A stretch of 64,000 bases of DNA, from the NCBI GenBank assembly GCA_950097015.1, contig CATNEN010000030.1, positions 620,001-684,000 of the forward strand, read 5' to 3'. Made by a program: the position numbers and the translations under genes. The DNA is from Macrostomum hystrix (lineage: Eukaryota > Animalia > Platyhelminthes). Below, in pieces: positions 37,195 through 49,670 of the stretch; position 1 is the first letter of the stretch; every line of letters starts with the position of its first letter. Below the pieces are notes generated by a model. The model was not told the origin of the DNA and ran no database searches. It was given only the letters and a program-made list of their open reading frames with translations.

Positions 37195-38734
37195 AACATT
37201 TCAATGCCTTGCTACGAATACCGAGGTCCAAAGGACCTTATATATTTTATATACAGGATATATGGACTGCTATGTAATTATTTTAGATCAAAATACTGGC
37301 ATTTCACTATATATAAGCGATATTTTAATATGCAGCTTACAAATATTTTTATAATGAACTAAAGTTTGCATGCAAATTTAACGTCGTTATTTGTTTTTAT
37401 TAAATGCAACACAATCAATTACTTTTAAATTCGTTAAAAGTTTTGGGAAGCCACCTAAACCAACCCAACAACTCAATTCAAATATATTCAAAGAATAGTG
37501 AATAAATCTTATTTCGAGCTTATGTCGAATAATATATTTGGAATAAATAGAGAGAATTGCAATCAATAAGATAAATCAAGTTATTTTTTATGCCTACCCT
37601 AAGCACATCATTTGTCTGTATAATCTGTATGGTGGCATGTTCAGACATCAGCATACGTAGGCAGGGCAGGAGTCGCAGGACCAGAGCAAAGCGAATGACC
37701 TATATTAATCGGCTATCTTGGCCATAGCATAAGCTTGTAATTTATTAGTAGACAAGCTTTGCTATTTCCCTTATAGTAAAGAAATGACTCATACATCATA
37801 TTTCGATTTTGTGCATGTTTAACATGAAAATATAGCGAACAATAAATGTTCTCAAATTTTTAGTTAGGCCTATGGCTATGTATCTAAGTATTACTGTAAT
37901 ATTCCAAAGCAGTAGATCACTAATTCGATTGTATAGCAAAAAGATTGCCATAGCTATGCTAGTTTTGGATTTTAGCTAGGCCCCAGCACCCTCTGACTTC
38001 AAACTTCTAAGTCATTTAGATCTCAGATCAAATGAATTATATTATCATTGCTAAGAACTTTGTGTGCTAGTAGTAAGAATTAACTAAGAAGAAATGTTGC
38101 ATTAGTTGTATTGCATACCTAGCTACTCTAATGCTAAATCCCTTGGCTAAAATATTGTTGAGTTGATCAATTTTATATATAGATATGCCTATAATAATAT
38201 GATAAATCAAATATGATATGATTTTATCTTATAAGCACAAAACAAACATTTAGACTGGCATAAGCTTTGGCCCAAACTTATAATATACTAAAAAATAATT
38301 ATTATTCAGTTTTCACTAGGCCCTAATTGTCTTATGGCTTATTGCCTAGGCCTATTAAGAAAAGAAGGCTCAAATGATTGCTTGTCAGTGAATATTGTCA
38401 CCTAAATTTCTTTTCTTTAAAAAGTATTTTCCAACCAAGAGCATATATATAATTAATCACATTCTATGAAACAAAGACCTAGTTGGCATTCATTTGTGTA
38501 GATACCTTAAAATAGCTATTTTGTTTAGTAGTCAATGAACCAGTTTAATATTGCTAAATATGTCACTAGCTAATTGTCTTCAAGGTTATGTGGTAGACCT
38601 ATTATGTATTAATAATAAAACAAGGCGCTAATGATACATTAATAATAGTTTATTAAAGTTAGCATGACTAAAAAATTTAACTTTTTGCCTGATCTGATCA
38701 ATTTAACTTTGTTGCAAGCCTGTATTGCTTCAGT

Positions 38735-38810
38735 TCACCCAGTTATTAAATTGGTATAAGCATTAGCTGTGGTAATTAAGGGCTGGTGTGGTATTAACCT
38801 AGTCTATGAA
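38735..38810 (+). mobile_element. SINE family B fragment
   Basis: ATTGCTTCAGTTCACCCAGTTATTAAATTGGTATAAGCATTAGCTGTGGTAATTAAGGG matches 49450-49505. Confidence 0.6.
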
Positions 38811-39043
38811 CTGAACTGCTGTACACATGCAATTGGCCCTATCAATGACAATACATTTGGCACATAGTAACTGGCCTTGGTGGCATTGTTAGGGGCCAAT
38901 TTAGGACCATCACTATATAATATATATTTATGGTAGTTGGCTTTCTAAGTACGGCTTGCACTCTGCTGTTTGATTACTGTTTTGTGTCTTATATGCCAGT
39001 AAACTGTAAACTTTGACAAAATTACCATTTTCAGCTAGCAACA

Positions 39044-40489
39044 ATGTATCTGGAAGTGTTCAAAGAGCCGAGGGGTTTGATGCGCCTGATTCAGTTTGTA
39101 AGTACATTCTCTCATTGTTGAATAATTGTTTAGTAGGGTAGGTACAATCTCATAAGTCATATCGAATGAATTTCATCTAATTTAACATTTCCATATTATC
39201 ATTTTCAACTCAGCTATTCGCAATCCTGGCCTTTGCCACCACCGCTGGCTACAATTCAACTATGAAGTTCGACTACAAATGCAACGAAAGTAATAACACA
39301 GGCAGCCGACAGCTCACCGTCAGCTATCCGTTCTACATGCAGAACTCCGCCGTTCAACCAATCGTCTGTGAAAGCACTGGCGTCAGCACCGTTTCACCCG
39401 GACTGAACTATCCCTATGGTAGTTATACATCGTCTGCCCAGTTCTTTGTCTTTGTTGGCGTTATGGCCTTTCTCTACTGCATTGGCATCACCATTATTTA
39501 CGTATTCTTTGAGCAGCTCTACACCGATAATGAGCTGGTGCCGCAGATTGTAAGTTGATTTATTATAGCTAGATTTTTTAATCTAGTATAGAAGTCTGGG
39601 TATTTTTTGCTACCATTTTCTGCACTGCAGGACTTCATCGTGACAGTTGTATGGACTCTGTTCTGGTTCATCGGCTCCGTAGCCTGGGCTGTTGGAGTCA
39701 GTTTCCTGAAGCTGGAGACCTACCCGGACCGGCTGTGGCACCAGGTCACCACCTGCCTGCCCACTGGCGGCTTAGCCAAATGCACGCCTACCGAGTACTT
39801 CGGTTATGGAGGCCTGGATGTTTCCCTGGTGAGGCTTTGTGTGGTTCCATTGTTTTACATTCCTGTTCCACCTTCCTGTTCCACCTTCCTGTTTCACCTT
39901 CCTGTTCCACCTTCCTGTTTCACCTTCCTGTTCCACCTTCCTGTTCCACCTTCCTGTTCCACCTTCCTGTTCCACCTTCCTGTTTCACCTTCCTGTTTCA
40001 CCTTCCTGTTCCATCCTCTATCCACTAACCTGTTCCATCCTCTATCCCCTTTCCTGTTCCATCCTCTATCCCCTTTCCTGTTCCATCCTCTATCCCCTTT
40101 CCTGTTCCATCCTCTATCCCCTTTCCTGTTCCTTCCTTTATCTACTAACCTGTTACATCCTATATCCACTAACATGTTCCATCCTCTATCCACTATCCTG
40201 TTCCATCCTCTATCCCCTTTCCTGTTCCATCCTCTATCCCCTTTCCTGTTCCATCCTCTATCCCCCTTCCTGTTCCCAATATTTGTAGATCTGCGGCTTC
40301 GCCAACGTGTTCCTGTGGGGCGCCAATCTGTGGTTTCTATTCAAGGAAACCGCCTGGTTCAAGCGCATGCATCCTGAGCAAGCCTACGGCGATAACAGCG
40401 GCGTCGGCGCCGGCGGAGTGTCCGAACCCAGCGGCGGCTACCAGCAGAAGCCCGGCGGTGGTGTCGAAACAGGCGCCGGCGTGCCTTAG
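39044..40489 (+). CDS. SYP: Synaptophysin/synaptoporin-family MARVEL protein
   Basis: Exons 39044-39097, 39214-39549, 39631-39828 and 40289-40489. Motifs KEPRGLMRLIQ, FAILAFATT, YPF, SSAQFFVFVGV, DFIVT, GFANVFLWGANLWFLFKET. Confidence 0.92.
39855..40277. repeat. Pyrimidine-rich 14-24-bp tandem repeats in SYP intron 3
   Basis: CCTTCCTGTTCCA and CCTGTTCCATCCTCTATCCCCTTT units. Confidence 0.9.
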
Positions 40490-41831
40490 ATTCGGTGCCT
40501 CCTTGGTGCTATGATGGTTTGGCTTGGGAGCTGGGTGACTGCGGTTAAAAACAATTGATCTAAAATAATGAGGTATGGGTGAATGGCTGCCTTATCACTG
40601 GGGAAGTGGGTGAATGGCTGCCGAACAATAGACTGTAAGTACAGGCTGTCTGAAAACTATAAGTAAGTTTACTTTTATCCAGCCAAATGAGCTACACGGC
40701 AGATCCATTCTGTTGTGCGACCCTTTTTACAATGATACACTTAACTGAATGTAATCTTGTTCATTATATGTGCTACTAAATTTAATTATCTATCCGCTCT
40801 AGTTTTCGATATACAATTTAATTAGAAAGAAAATTTAATAATGAAACATAGACTTGTCGTGAGGATTGTTCTATTGTTACGTTAGCTCGTGTTATAAAGG
40901 GCCTGGTGCCTTGGACCGCGATACTTATATAATAATCAACTTACTGCTGTTTTTTACTAAAACTAATCAGCGAAAGCCTGAAAGAATCAAGTTCTGTCTT
41001 CCTTCATTAAGCACCTGTGCTGATATATTTAAACTTTTTTGCAACATTTTCACCTAAAAAATCTAGTTAAAATTTTGAAAAGCCAAGAAGCTTTAGAATT
41101 TTTTGTGTTTCAAATAATTGCGGTTTTTTTAATCCATTCCATCAGTCTTGTCTTACTCCATTAATTTGCCTTCATTAAACAAAATAATTCGCATTATGAT
41201 AACACAGGTATTTCTCCAGCCATTCGCAGTTTCTGTGTCCATGACTGCAGAAATGCGGCTCAAATTTTCATTTTAGATTTTGTCTTCCATGTGTTACTGT
41301 AAGTAGTGCCATTTGCCAATTATATTCAGTTCTTTTTTTGTTAGCTAGAATATTGATTCAACGCGACCACGAGACTCATTCGATTTCTATGTTTTTTGGT
41401 GCTATCATGGTATACGATAATTTTACCGCTGATTATTGTTTGCACTTTTGAATTCAAATATTTCCCCAGCCTTGAACTTTATTATTAGAAATAATACTAT
41501 AGCATAGGATTCTGTGTTATTTAGCAGTCATTTTGTTAGTCTCGTTTATTTATTGTATTAATCGTGTGAGCACTTTACATAAGTTAGTTAAGTTAGTTAC
41601 GTAAAGCAATTGCTGTACACAGCCTTTAGAAGCACCGCGCAATAGCTGGACCAACTGGGTAATTTCTATCTAGTCTCTAAATTATTCATTTGATTATTAA
41701 AGCACTACTAGCAAGTAGCAACCTGCGATTTTTTGCAGCTGGATTTGCAGCGCGCTCTCTGTTGGCGCGCTTAGTTATAAACAAAAGCACAGAAAGCAAG
41801 CTTTGCCTAGGCCAATTCCACCTGCTAAGCC

Positions 41832-42902
41832 ATGTCGGACAGCGGCAAGTCGGTGGCTAAGCGCAGCGTCAGCTCCGTCGATGCCATCAAGCAGATGGAG
41901 AAGGAGCTGTACAGAGAGGCCATGATGCGGGATTATAATCTGAAGCGGGGCTCCAAGTATCCGCCAATGAGCATCGAGCCGTTTCCATTCGAGAGGGAGC
42001 GACTATCTGGCAAATACACGGATGCGGACAGGGCCCTGCGAAAGCAATGGCTGCAGGACCAGATCCTCACTGACAGGGAACCGGTTAGTCAGTAATTTCT
42101 AATGTGCAGCACCTGTCTGTCTGTTTGTAACTGTCAAACTGTGTAACAGTGTACACTGCTTGACAAATGACGAAGTCAGGGCAGATGTACATACCTGTGT
42201 GAGCGTGTGCCTGCGTACAGTATCTGTGTGCGTGTGTGCTCAGGAGTCAGCGAAATGGGCAGAATTGCCTCCTCGCTGGCTGCGGATATAGTCACTCTAG
42301 TGTCACCAAATGATGTGCCATTGCCTGCAGCCCTCCTGCAAATATAGTATTATTATCTGTCCAGTCTGGTTGTATCTGTCCACATGCGTCTGTCTGGTTG
42401 TATACTGTCCACATGCGTCTGTCTGATTGTATCTGTCCATGTATCTGTCCGCCTGCCTTTCTGACTCACTGGCGTCTAATTGCAGGTGCACGTGGAACGC
42501 TGGATGCGCAGAAACGTGTTCAGGCGCATCTGGAACGCGCCTTTCAACGCCATTGACCGCCTGATGACCGGCGTTGGCGTGCCTCAGTCCGTCACTCAGC
42601 ACGTCCGCTTCATCGCGCCTAAAGCTATCCTGGGCCTGACCGCCCTGTACGCGTTCTGCCTTCACCTGAAGGTGGCGCCGCGCACCTGGGAGACAGGAGT
42701 TGGCATGGTTGCTGTCCGGTCTAGCGCTTTCTCGCACATGTGCGTACCCGGCACCAAGGACTGGGAGGAGATGCGCAGCGGCAAGTTTTACCGCAAGCCG
42801 GAGTCCTTCGTTGATCTGGGATACTCCGGCCGCAAGGTGCTGCGGGATGACAGGCTTGTCACTAGCGCAGCCGGGCCCCAGCTTGACGGATCCGTGCACT
42901 GA
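41832..42902 (+). CDS. NDUFB6: NADH:ubiquinone oxidoreductase subunit B6 (B17)
   Basis: Exons 41832-42083 and 42486-42902. ERERL...RALRKQWLQDQIL..REPV, RRIWNAPF and a single TM helix match invertebrate ND-B17. Confidence 0.85.
42146..42300 (+). mobile_element. SINE family A 3' half in NDUFB6 intron
   Basis: GTGTACACTGC...GTCAGGGCAGATGTAC...CTCAGGAGTCAGCGAAATGGGCAGAATTGCCTCCTCGCTGGCTGCGG. Confidence 0.75.
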
Positions 42903-43496
42903 ATTCGCGAGAGAAACTGCAACTCAAAGATAATAAGATTACTAAATTTAATAAGCCTCCATCATGCCTACTATGCGCAGTAGTGCACTTTGAATTTGTT
43001 GCTCTTCTATCATTTTAATTGTAAACTAACCAATTGAAAACTGTTGCTTCTGTTACCCAACCGATTGGTTTGTAGTTTAGTCATTATATTAACTTAGAGA
43101 AATATGTCATATTACTAGAGTACATTAGTTAGTTAATACATTTCTATGATAATGGACCCGAACTGCAAACTGTAAATGTGGTCTGACAGTTAGTCTGATC
43201 TATCAGTAGCGCTAACTATATTCAGTGAGTAAACAAAAATATACAGGTTGCCGATAGAATGTAAGATCTAGACTAATTGCACTGTTGGCTCTCATCTTTT
43301 GTGACCATTCCTGGACACAATTTTTATCAGCTATAGGATGTCCAGGACGACAAAACAAAAAATATGGACTTTCTAGTATAAATGTCTCGAAATGCTAATC
43401 CCTAAGAGATTGAAAAAAGGAGTCAATTAACTTTCTCATTTTGATCTGCTATTTACGTCTGGTAACATCAATGGCTTACCCATTCAACTGATTCAA

Positions 43497-44030
43497 CCAG
43501 ATCAGCTGATTACTCTCCCAGATTAGCAGATTATCCCACCAGATCAGCTGATTACCTCACCACAACTGCTGATTACCTCACCAGATCTGCTGATTATCCC
43601 ACCAGATCTGCTGATTATCCCACCAGATCAGCTGATTACCTCACCAGATCAGCTGATTATCCCACCAGATCTGCTGATTATCCCACCAGATCAGCTGATT
43701 ACCTCACCAGATCAGCTGATTATCCCACCAGATCAGCTGATTATCCCACCAGATCAGCTGATTATCCCACCAGATCAGCTGATTATCCCACCAGATCTGC
43801 TGATTGCCCCACGAGATCAGCTGATTACCTCACCAGATCAGCTGATTACCTCACCAGATCAGCTGATTATCCCACCAGATCAGCTGATTATCCCACCAGA
43901 TCAGCTGATTGCCCCACTAGATCAGCTGATTACCTCACCAGATCAGCTGATTCACCAGATCAGCTGATTATCCCACCAGATCAGCTGATTATCCCACCAG
44001 ATCAGCTGATTGCCCCACTAGATCAGCGGA
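43497..44030. repeat. 21-bp minisatellite (ACCAGATCAGCTGATTATCCC)
   Basis: Visible tandem units just upstream of DPM1. Confidence 0.95.
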
Positions 44031-44117
44031 ATATCCTTCGTTTTCAAAATCTAACTAAATTGTATGCATTTTTTGTATATAGTTGCAGCCGCACTCCTTC
44101 TATTAACAGCCCTATAA

Positions 44118-45548
<1,431 letters not shown>

Positions 45549-45778
45549 ATATTATTTATTAATTACAGATCCCTAAACTGTATCGCTTTGTGTGGGAACT
45601 TTGGCCTTCTTCTATCGGTGACAGCTGGCTGTGAGAATGTCTATTGATCTTTACATTGTCGTTCCGTTAGGTTAAACAACCAACTATTGATATAAGCTCG
45701 TAGTTTAGAAGATTCTGTCTCTAAAAAGAGTCTCTACCAAAATCGTAGCCTATATATTCGAATGTGATAACGCTTGAT

Positions 45779-47270
45779 TTCTTAGAAACATGTATAATTC
45801 ACTTTTCAAAAATCCACAATCTCTAGTTTCTTCAAAGCATACACTTAATTTTCTTGAACATCTGTATTTTTTATTTAAATATTCAGGAATAAAAATTAAT
45901 TTTACAAAATATCTAAAAATTTAGATAAACATAATGGGTTTTCTAGAAAATCTACTATATTCCATTTCTTGGAAATCAGTGACCATCCATTTCTAGGAAA
46001 AAATAGTTTGAAAAAATCTTTAAAGCCAGTTAAAATTAATTTTTTAGAAACTTCCAACTCTTTTTTCTACAACTGTTGAGATTTAAATGTTCTGTTCATC
46101 AAAATGTCACAAGTTTACGTACTACGTCAGGAATTGGGTTAATATTTTGTGCAATTTGTTAGTTTTCTGTCGATTTCAATTTTTTCTGATACTACTAGAC
46201 TTTGGACATGATGTTGATGTAAGCATTTTGCTTGATTAGTAAAAATTGCCGGTTAAAATTTTCAATTCAATATAATACATACAGGAACTGTTGTCAATGT
46301 TTTTCGAACAATTAAATATTTATTGCCTGTTATTTTAATGCCATACTTTGTTAGTTGTACATTAACGGGTGGCTCTGTATTTATATATTATCTTGCGACT
46401 TTATGTATTAGTCGACATATCTTTTGATTTCTGGTAAAACAAATAAACGCTGATAAATTGAATAAAACTGGGAAAGCTATGCTTTTCTACTTGTTCTACA
46501 AGATATTGAAAGATCTGCGTCATAAATTTTTTAAATCAATTCCTTCATTACAAAGTTTTTTCTATACATATCGGATAGTTGTTGAACTAATCTAGCTATT
46601 CTCTGGCCACATCTGGACCTAGGTGTCGTACTGTAACAGGACATGGAGCATCTTCCAGTTTTTTTTAAATAATCTCTCCATTATTTGTAGTTTTATTGTC
46701 ACTTCGCATAATATTTTAGTTAATCCAAAATATGCTCCATTTTAAATTGTTTAGCTCTTGACTGGAGAAATTTCTTAGAAATGGAATGTACTTCTCTATT
46801 ATCCCGTCCACTCGTTCTTTTAGCTTGCACGGAGTGGGCAGGGGTTGTTCTGTGCGTACTCTAGCCAGTTGGCGAATGTACGCCCACGCGGACCTTGGGG
46901 TGGGCATGTGAAATCTGCATATTCAGGCTGCATATTCTTCAAAGGCATGCCCTTATTTTATCTCAATTAAAAATGAGAGCAAGTCACGTGGTTTTTTGGC
47001 AAGCCTTTCTGCTTGTGAATTTTAGTGGCAATGAGACCTAGAATGCTTCTGTCTGAGCTTATTGGGCTACGATTAGAAATTCAGAGTTGAAAAAAACTAA
47101 TGCGTCCATTTTGAGGTGGGCAGGCTGTACATTTACTAGTCCACGGAATTTCCGTCGCATAGCCTGCCCCACCTCTGAATTTCCTAGAAATCTGGCTGGT
47201 GAATTCGGCATTTTCACCTAACTGAACTGGAGAAACGAAAACCCGGTTCTGTGAATTTCTTGGAAATTCC
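45779..47270. promoter_or_regulatory. Cluster of STAT/GAS-type TTCYNRGAA sites plus kB-like and IRF-like motifs upstream of viperin
   Basis: TTCYNRGAA at 45779, 45966, 45991, 46772, 47181 and 47257; GGAATTTCC at 47145; GGAAATTCC at 47262; GAAACGAAA at 47232. Function is inferred only. Confidence 0.4.
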
Positions 47271-47393
47271 AAGCTGATTCAGTTCAGAGGCTATCAAAGC
47301 TAAGAACAATATAAATAGCTGTTCTGCGCGACAACTTCCAAGTTACCTTCTGTATTGAGTCTATTTAACTTAAGTGATTATAGCGATAATCCA

Positions 47394-49234
47394 ATGTGCG
47401 AACTGAGCAAGCCGACTGTCCATAATGAGTCTAGGATGCATCCTACGAGTACTATTGAGCGCAGTAAATTTCTATGGGCTAATTTGAGTTGGTTGGCCAG
47501 AATTGCTCTGGACTTTTTAGGAATCCTTGGACGTAGCTTTCTGCCTTGGCCAGCCGCTGACGGAGCTGCCAACAGGACCAGCGAGGCCGAAGCTGTTGAA
47601 CAGTTGACCGAGGCCCCGAAGCCATCGGAGGCTATCGTGCCAGTTAGCGTCAACTATCACTTCACCAGGCGGTGCAATTACAAGTGTGGCTTCTGCTTTC
47701 ACACCGCTATCAGCTCGTTTGTGCTGCCATTGGATGAGGCCAAGCGAGGCCTCAAACTGCTGAAGGAGGCTGGTGAGCTCGTTTATTCATTTCTGTATAT
47801 ATCTACCATTAGCCAGGAACTGTCCTCTGTCAGGTAGGAACTGTTGGATAGGTATTGTTAGAAAGGTACTGTTAGACAGGTAATTTTAGACAAGAACTGT
47901 TAGACAAAAGCTGTCCTCAGTCAGACAGAATCTAATCGATTTCTTCAACTATCCGCCCGCCCGGCAGGCATGCAGAAGGTGAACTTCTCCGGCGGCGAGC
48001 CTTTCCTGGAGCAGCGAGGCCGCCTGCTTGGCGAGATGGTCCGCTACTGCAAGGAGACACTCGGCCTGCCCAGCGTCAGCATCGTCAGCAACGGCAGCCT
48101 CATCACGGAGGAATGGTTCCAGACTTATGGTAAGCGAGCTGGGCCCGGATTGCTTGAGGACACGTCCGTGTGGAGCCTGCGACATTTTCTTCCTCACTGA
48201 CAACAATATTTACAGGCGAGTGGCTCGACATTCTGGCTGTGTCCTGCGACAGCTTCGACGAGGCCACCAATCGCGCCATTGGGCGTCATTCGCCGAGGCA
48301 TCACCACCTGGACAAGCTCTACCAGATCAGCGAATGGTGCGCCAGATATCGCGTGGCCTTCAAGATCAACACGGTGGTGAACACGCACAACTGGCAGGAG
48401 GACATGTCGGAGCACATCCTGGAGCTTCGGCCCTGCCGCTGGAAGGTCTTCCAGTGCCTACTGATTGGCGGAGAGAACTGCGGCGATGACAGCCTGAGGC
48501 AGGCCGAAACATTTGTCATCACGGACGAACAGTTTCGCAGCTTCTTGGACAGGCACGGCAGAGTTGCCTGCCTGGTGCCAGAGAGCAACGAGAAGATGCG
48601 CGACAGCTACCTCATCTTGGACGAGAGGGTGAGCAGTTGACAGCGGGACATTCAGAGTGTATACGATGAGAAATAATAATAATTACAGGAGGGCTGCGGG
48701 CCATGGTGCATCATTTGGTGACACTAGACCCGCAGCCAGCGAGGAGGCAATTCTGCCCATTTCGCTGACTCCTGACACAGATACTGTATGCAGGCACACA
48801 CAGGTGTGTACATCTGCCCTGACTTTCTCATCGTAAGGCAGTGTACACTTTCCCTGTGCCTTGGGGGTTGGCCTTCAAGGGCGTAAATTGCACGACAAGC
48901 CCCCAAGCCTCTCTCCGCGGCTCTCTCAAGGCAGATATACATCCCCTTTGTGCATGTTTGCTCAGGAGTCAGCGGAATGGGCAGAATTGCCTCTCGCTGT
49001 CTGCGGGTCGACTGTAAATATAAGAATAATACTAGAGTCCAACTCAAGCCATTCCCGTCGTCTCGACGCCCGCAGATGCGCTTTCTTGACTGCACCCGCG
49101 GCCGCAAGGAGCCCTCGCTCAGCATCTTGGACGTCGGCGTTGCCAGCGCCATCTGCGCCAGCGGCTTCGATGAGAAGATGTTTCGTAGGCGTGGCGGAGT
49201 CTACCAGTGGAGCAAGAACGACATGGACTGGTGA
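47394..49234 (+). CDS. RSAD2: Viperin (radical SAM, ddhNTP synthase family)
   Basis: Exons 47394(or 47436)-47772, 47968-48129, 48216-48628 and 49076-49234. Motifs [21 protein letters not shown] (CxxxCxxC), [53 protein letters not shown] and C-terminal DW*. Confidence 0.97.
48727..49018. mobile_element. Two inverted SINE family A pieces in viperin intron 3
   Basis: Minus copy 48727-48920 and plus 3' end 48948-49018. Confidence 0.75.
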
Positions 49235-49351
49235 ACCTGCTGCTTGTCAATGGGCTTTGTACTTTTGCGGAAAACTCCTAATGACGTCACTGTATTGATG
49301 GCTTCAGAATTTATCTGTTTTAGTTACTGTTGGGTCTGTGTTATCATTGAT

Positions 49352-49670
49352 GGGTTGTAGCCTAGTCGCTAGAACGTCGGACTCGGGGTTCGATTCCTGA
49401 CTGCTCTGGAACAAATTGCATCCCTTTGAAAGACACTTTACTCTGAATTGCTTCAATTCACCCAGCTGTTAAATGGGTACCAGCATTAGTTGGGGTAATT
49501 AAGGGTGGGTCACGTGCCCCAGCCCCCAGTCCATGGACTGACTGAAGGGTCGTACGCAGCCTTCAGATGCGCCGCGCAATAGCTACAGCTGTGCTGTCGG
49601 CTGCTTATCTTGCCCTATAGGGGCGGCTGTAATCTATAGTACTAACTTTGTTGTTCTTGTTGTTGTTGTT
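49352..49670 (+). mobile_element. Full-length tRNA-derived SINE family B (CORE-like) with (TTG)n tail
   Basis: A box TAGCCTAGTCG, B box GGTTCGATTCC, CORE-like CCCTTTGAAAGACACTTTACTCTGAATTGCTTCAATTCACCCAGCTGTTAAATGGGTACC, and a TTG tail. Confidence 0.82.

Larger units (their letters stand above)
27500..37200. mobile_element. Decayed Polinton/Maverick (adintovirus-like) endogenous viral element; boundaries approximate
   Basis: AT-rich, intronless block with pPolB, major capsid, penton-like, pX-like and conserved Polinton accessory ORFs, all with stops or frameshifts. No TIRs found by eye. Confidence 0.9.

Noticed and set aside
39607-40377. Read-through ORFs extending SYP exon 3 and DPM1 exon 1 (44124-44834)
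   Set aside because: Canonical GT-AG introns restore the conserved proteins; the extensions are translated intronic repeats.
42251-42281. HDV-like ribozyme in SINE A: GCCTCCTCGCTGGC is identical to HDV genomic P3-L3-P3', and GCGAAATGGG resembles J4/2-P2'
   Set aside because: The segments are in the wrong order, and no P1, P1.1 or P2 partners can be formed. A simple hairpin supported by covariation explains the sequence. An in vitro self-cleavage assay would settle it.
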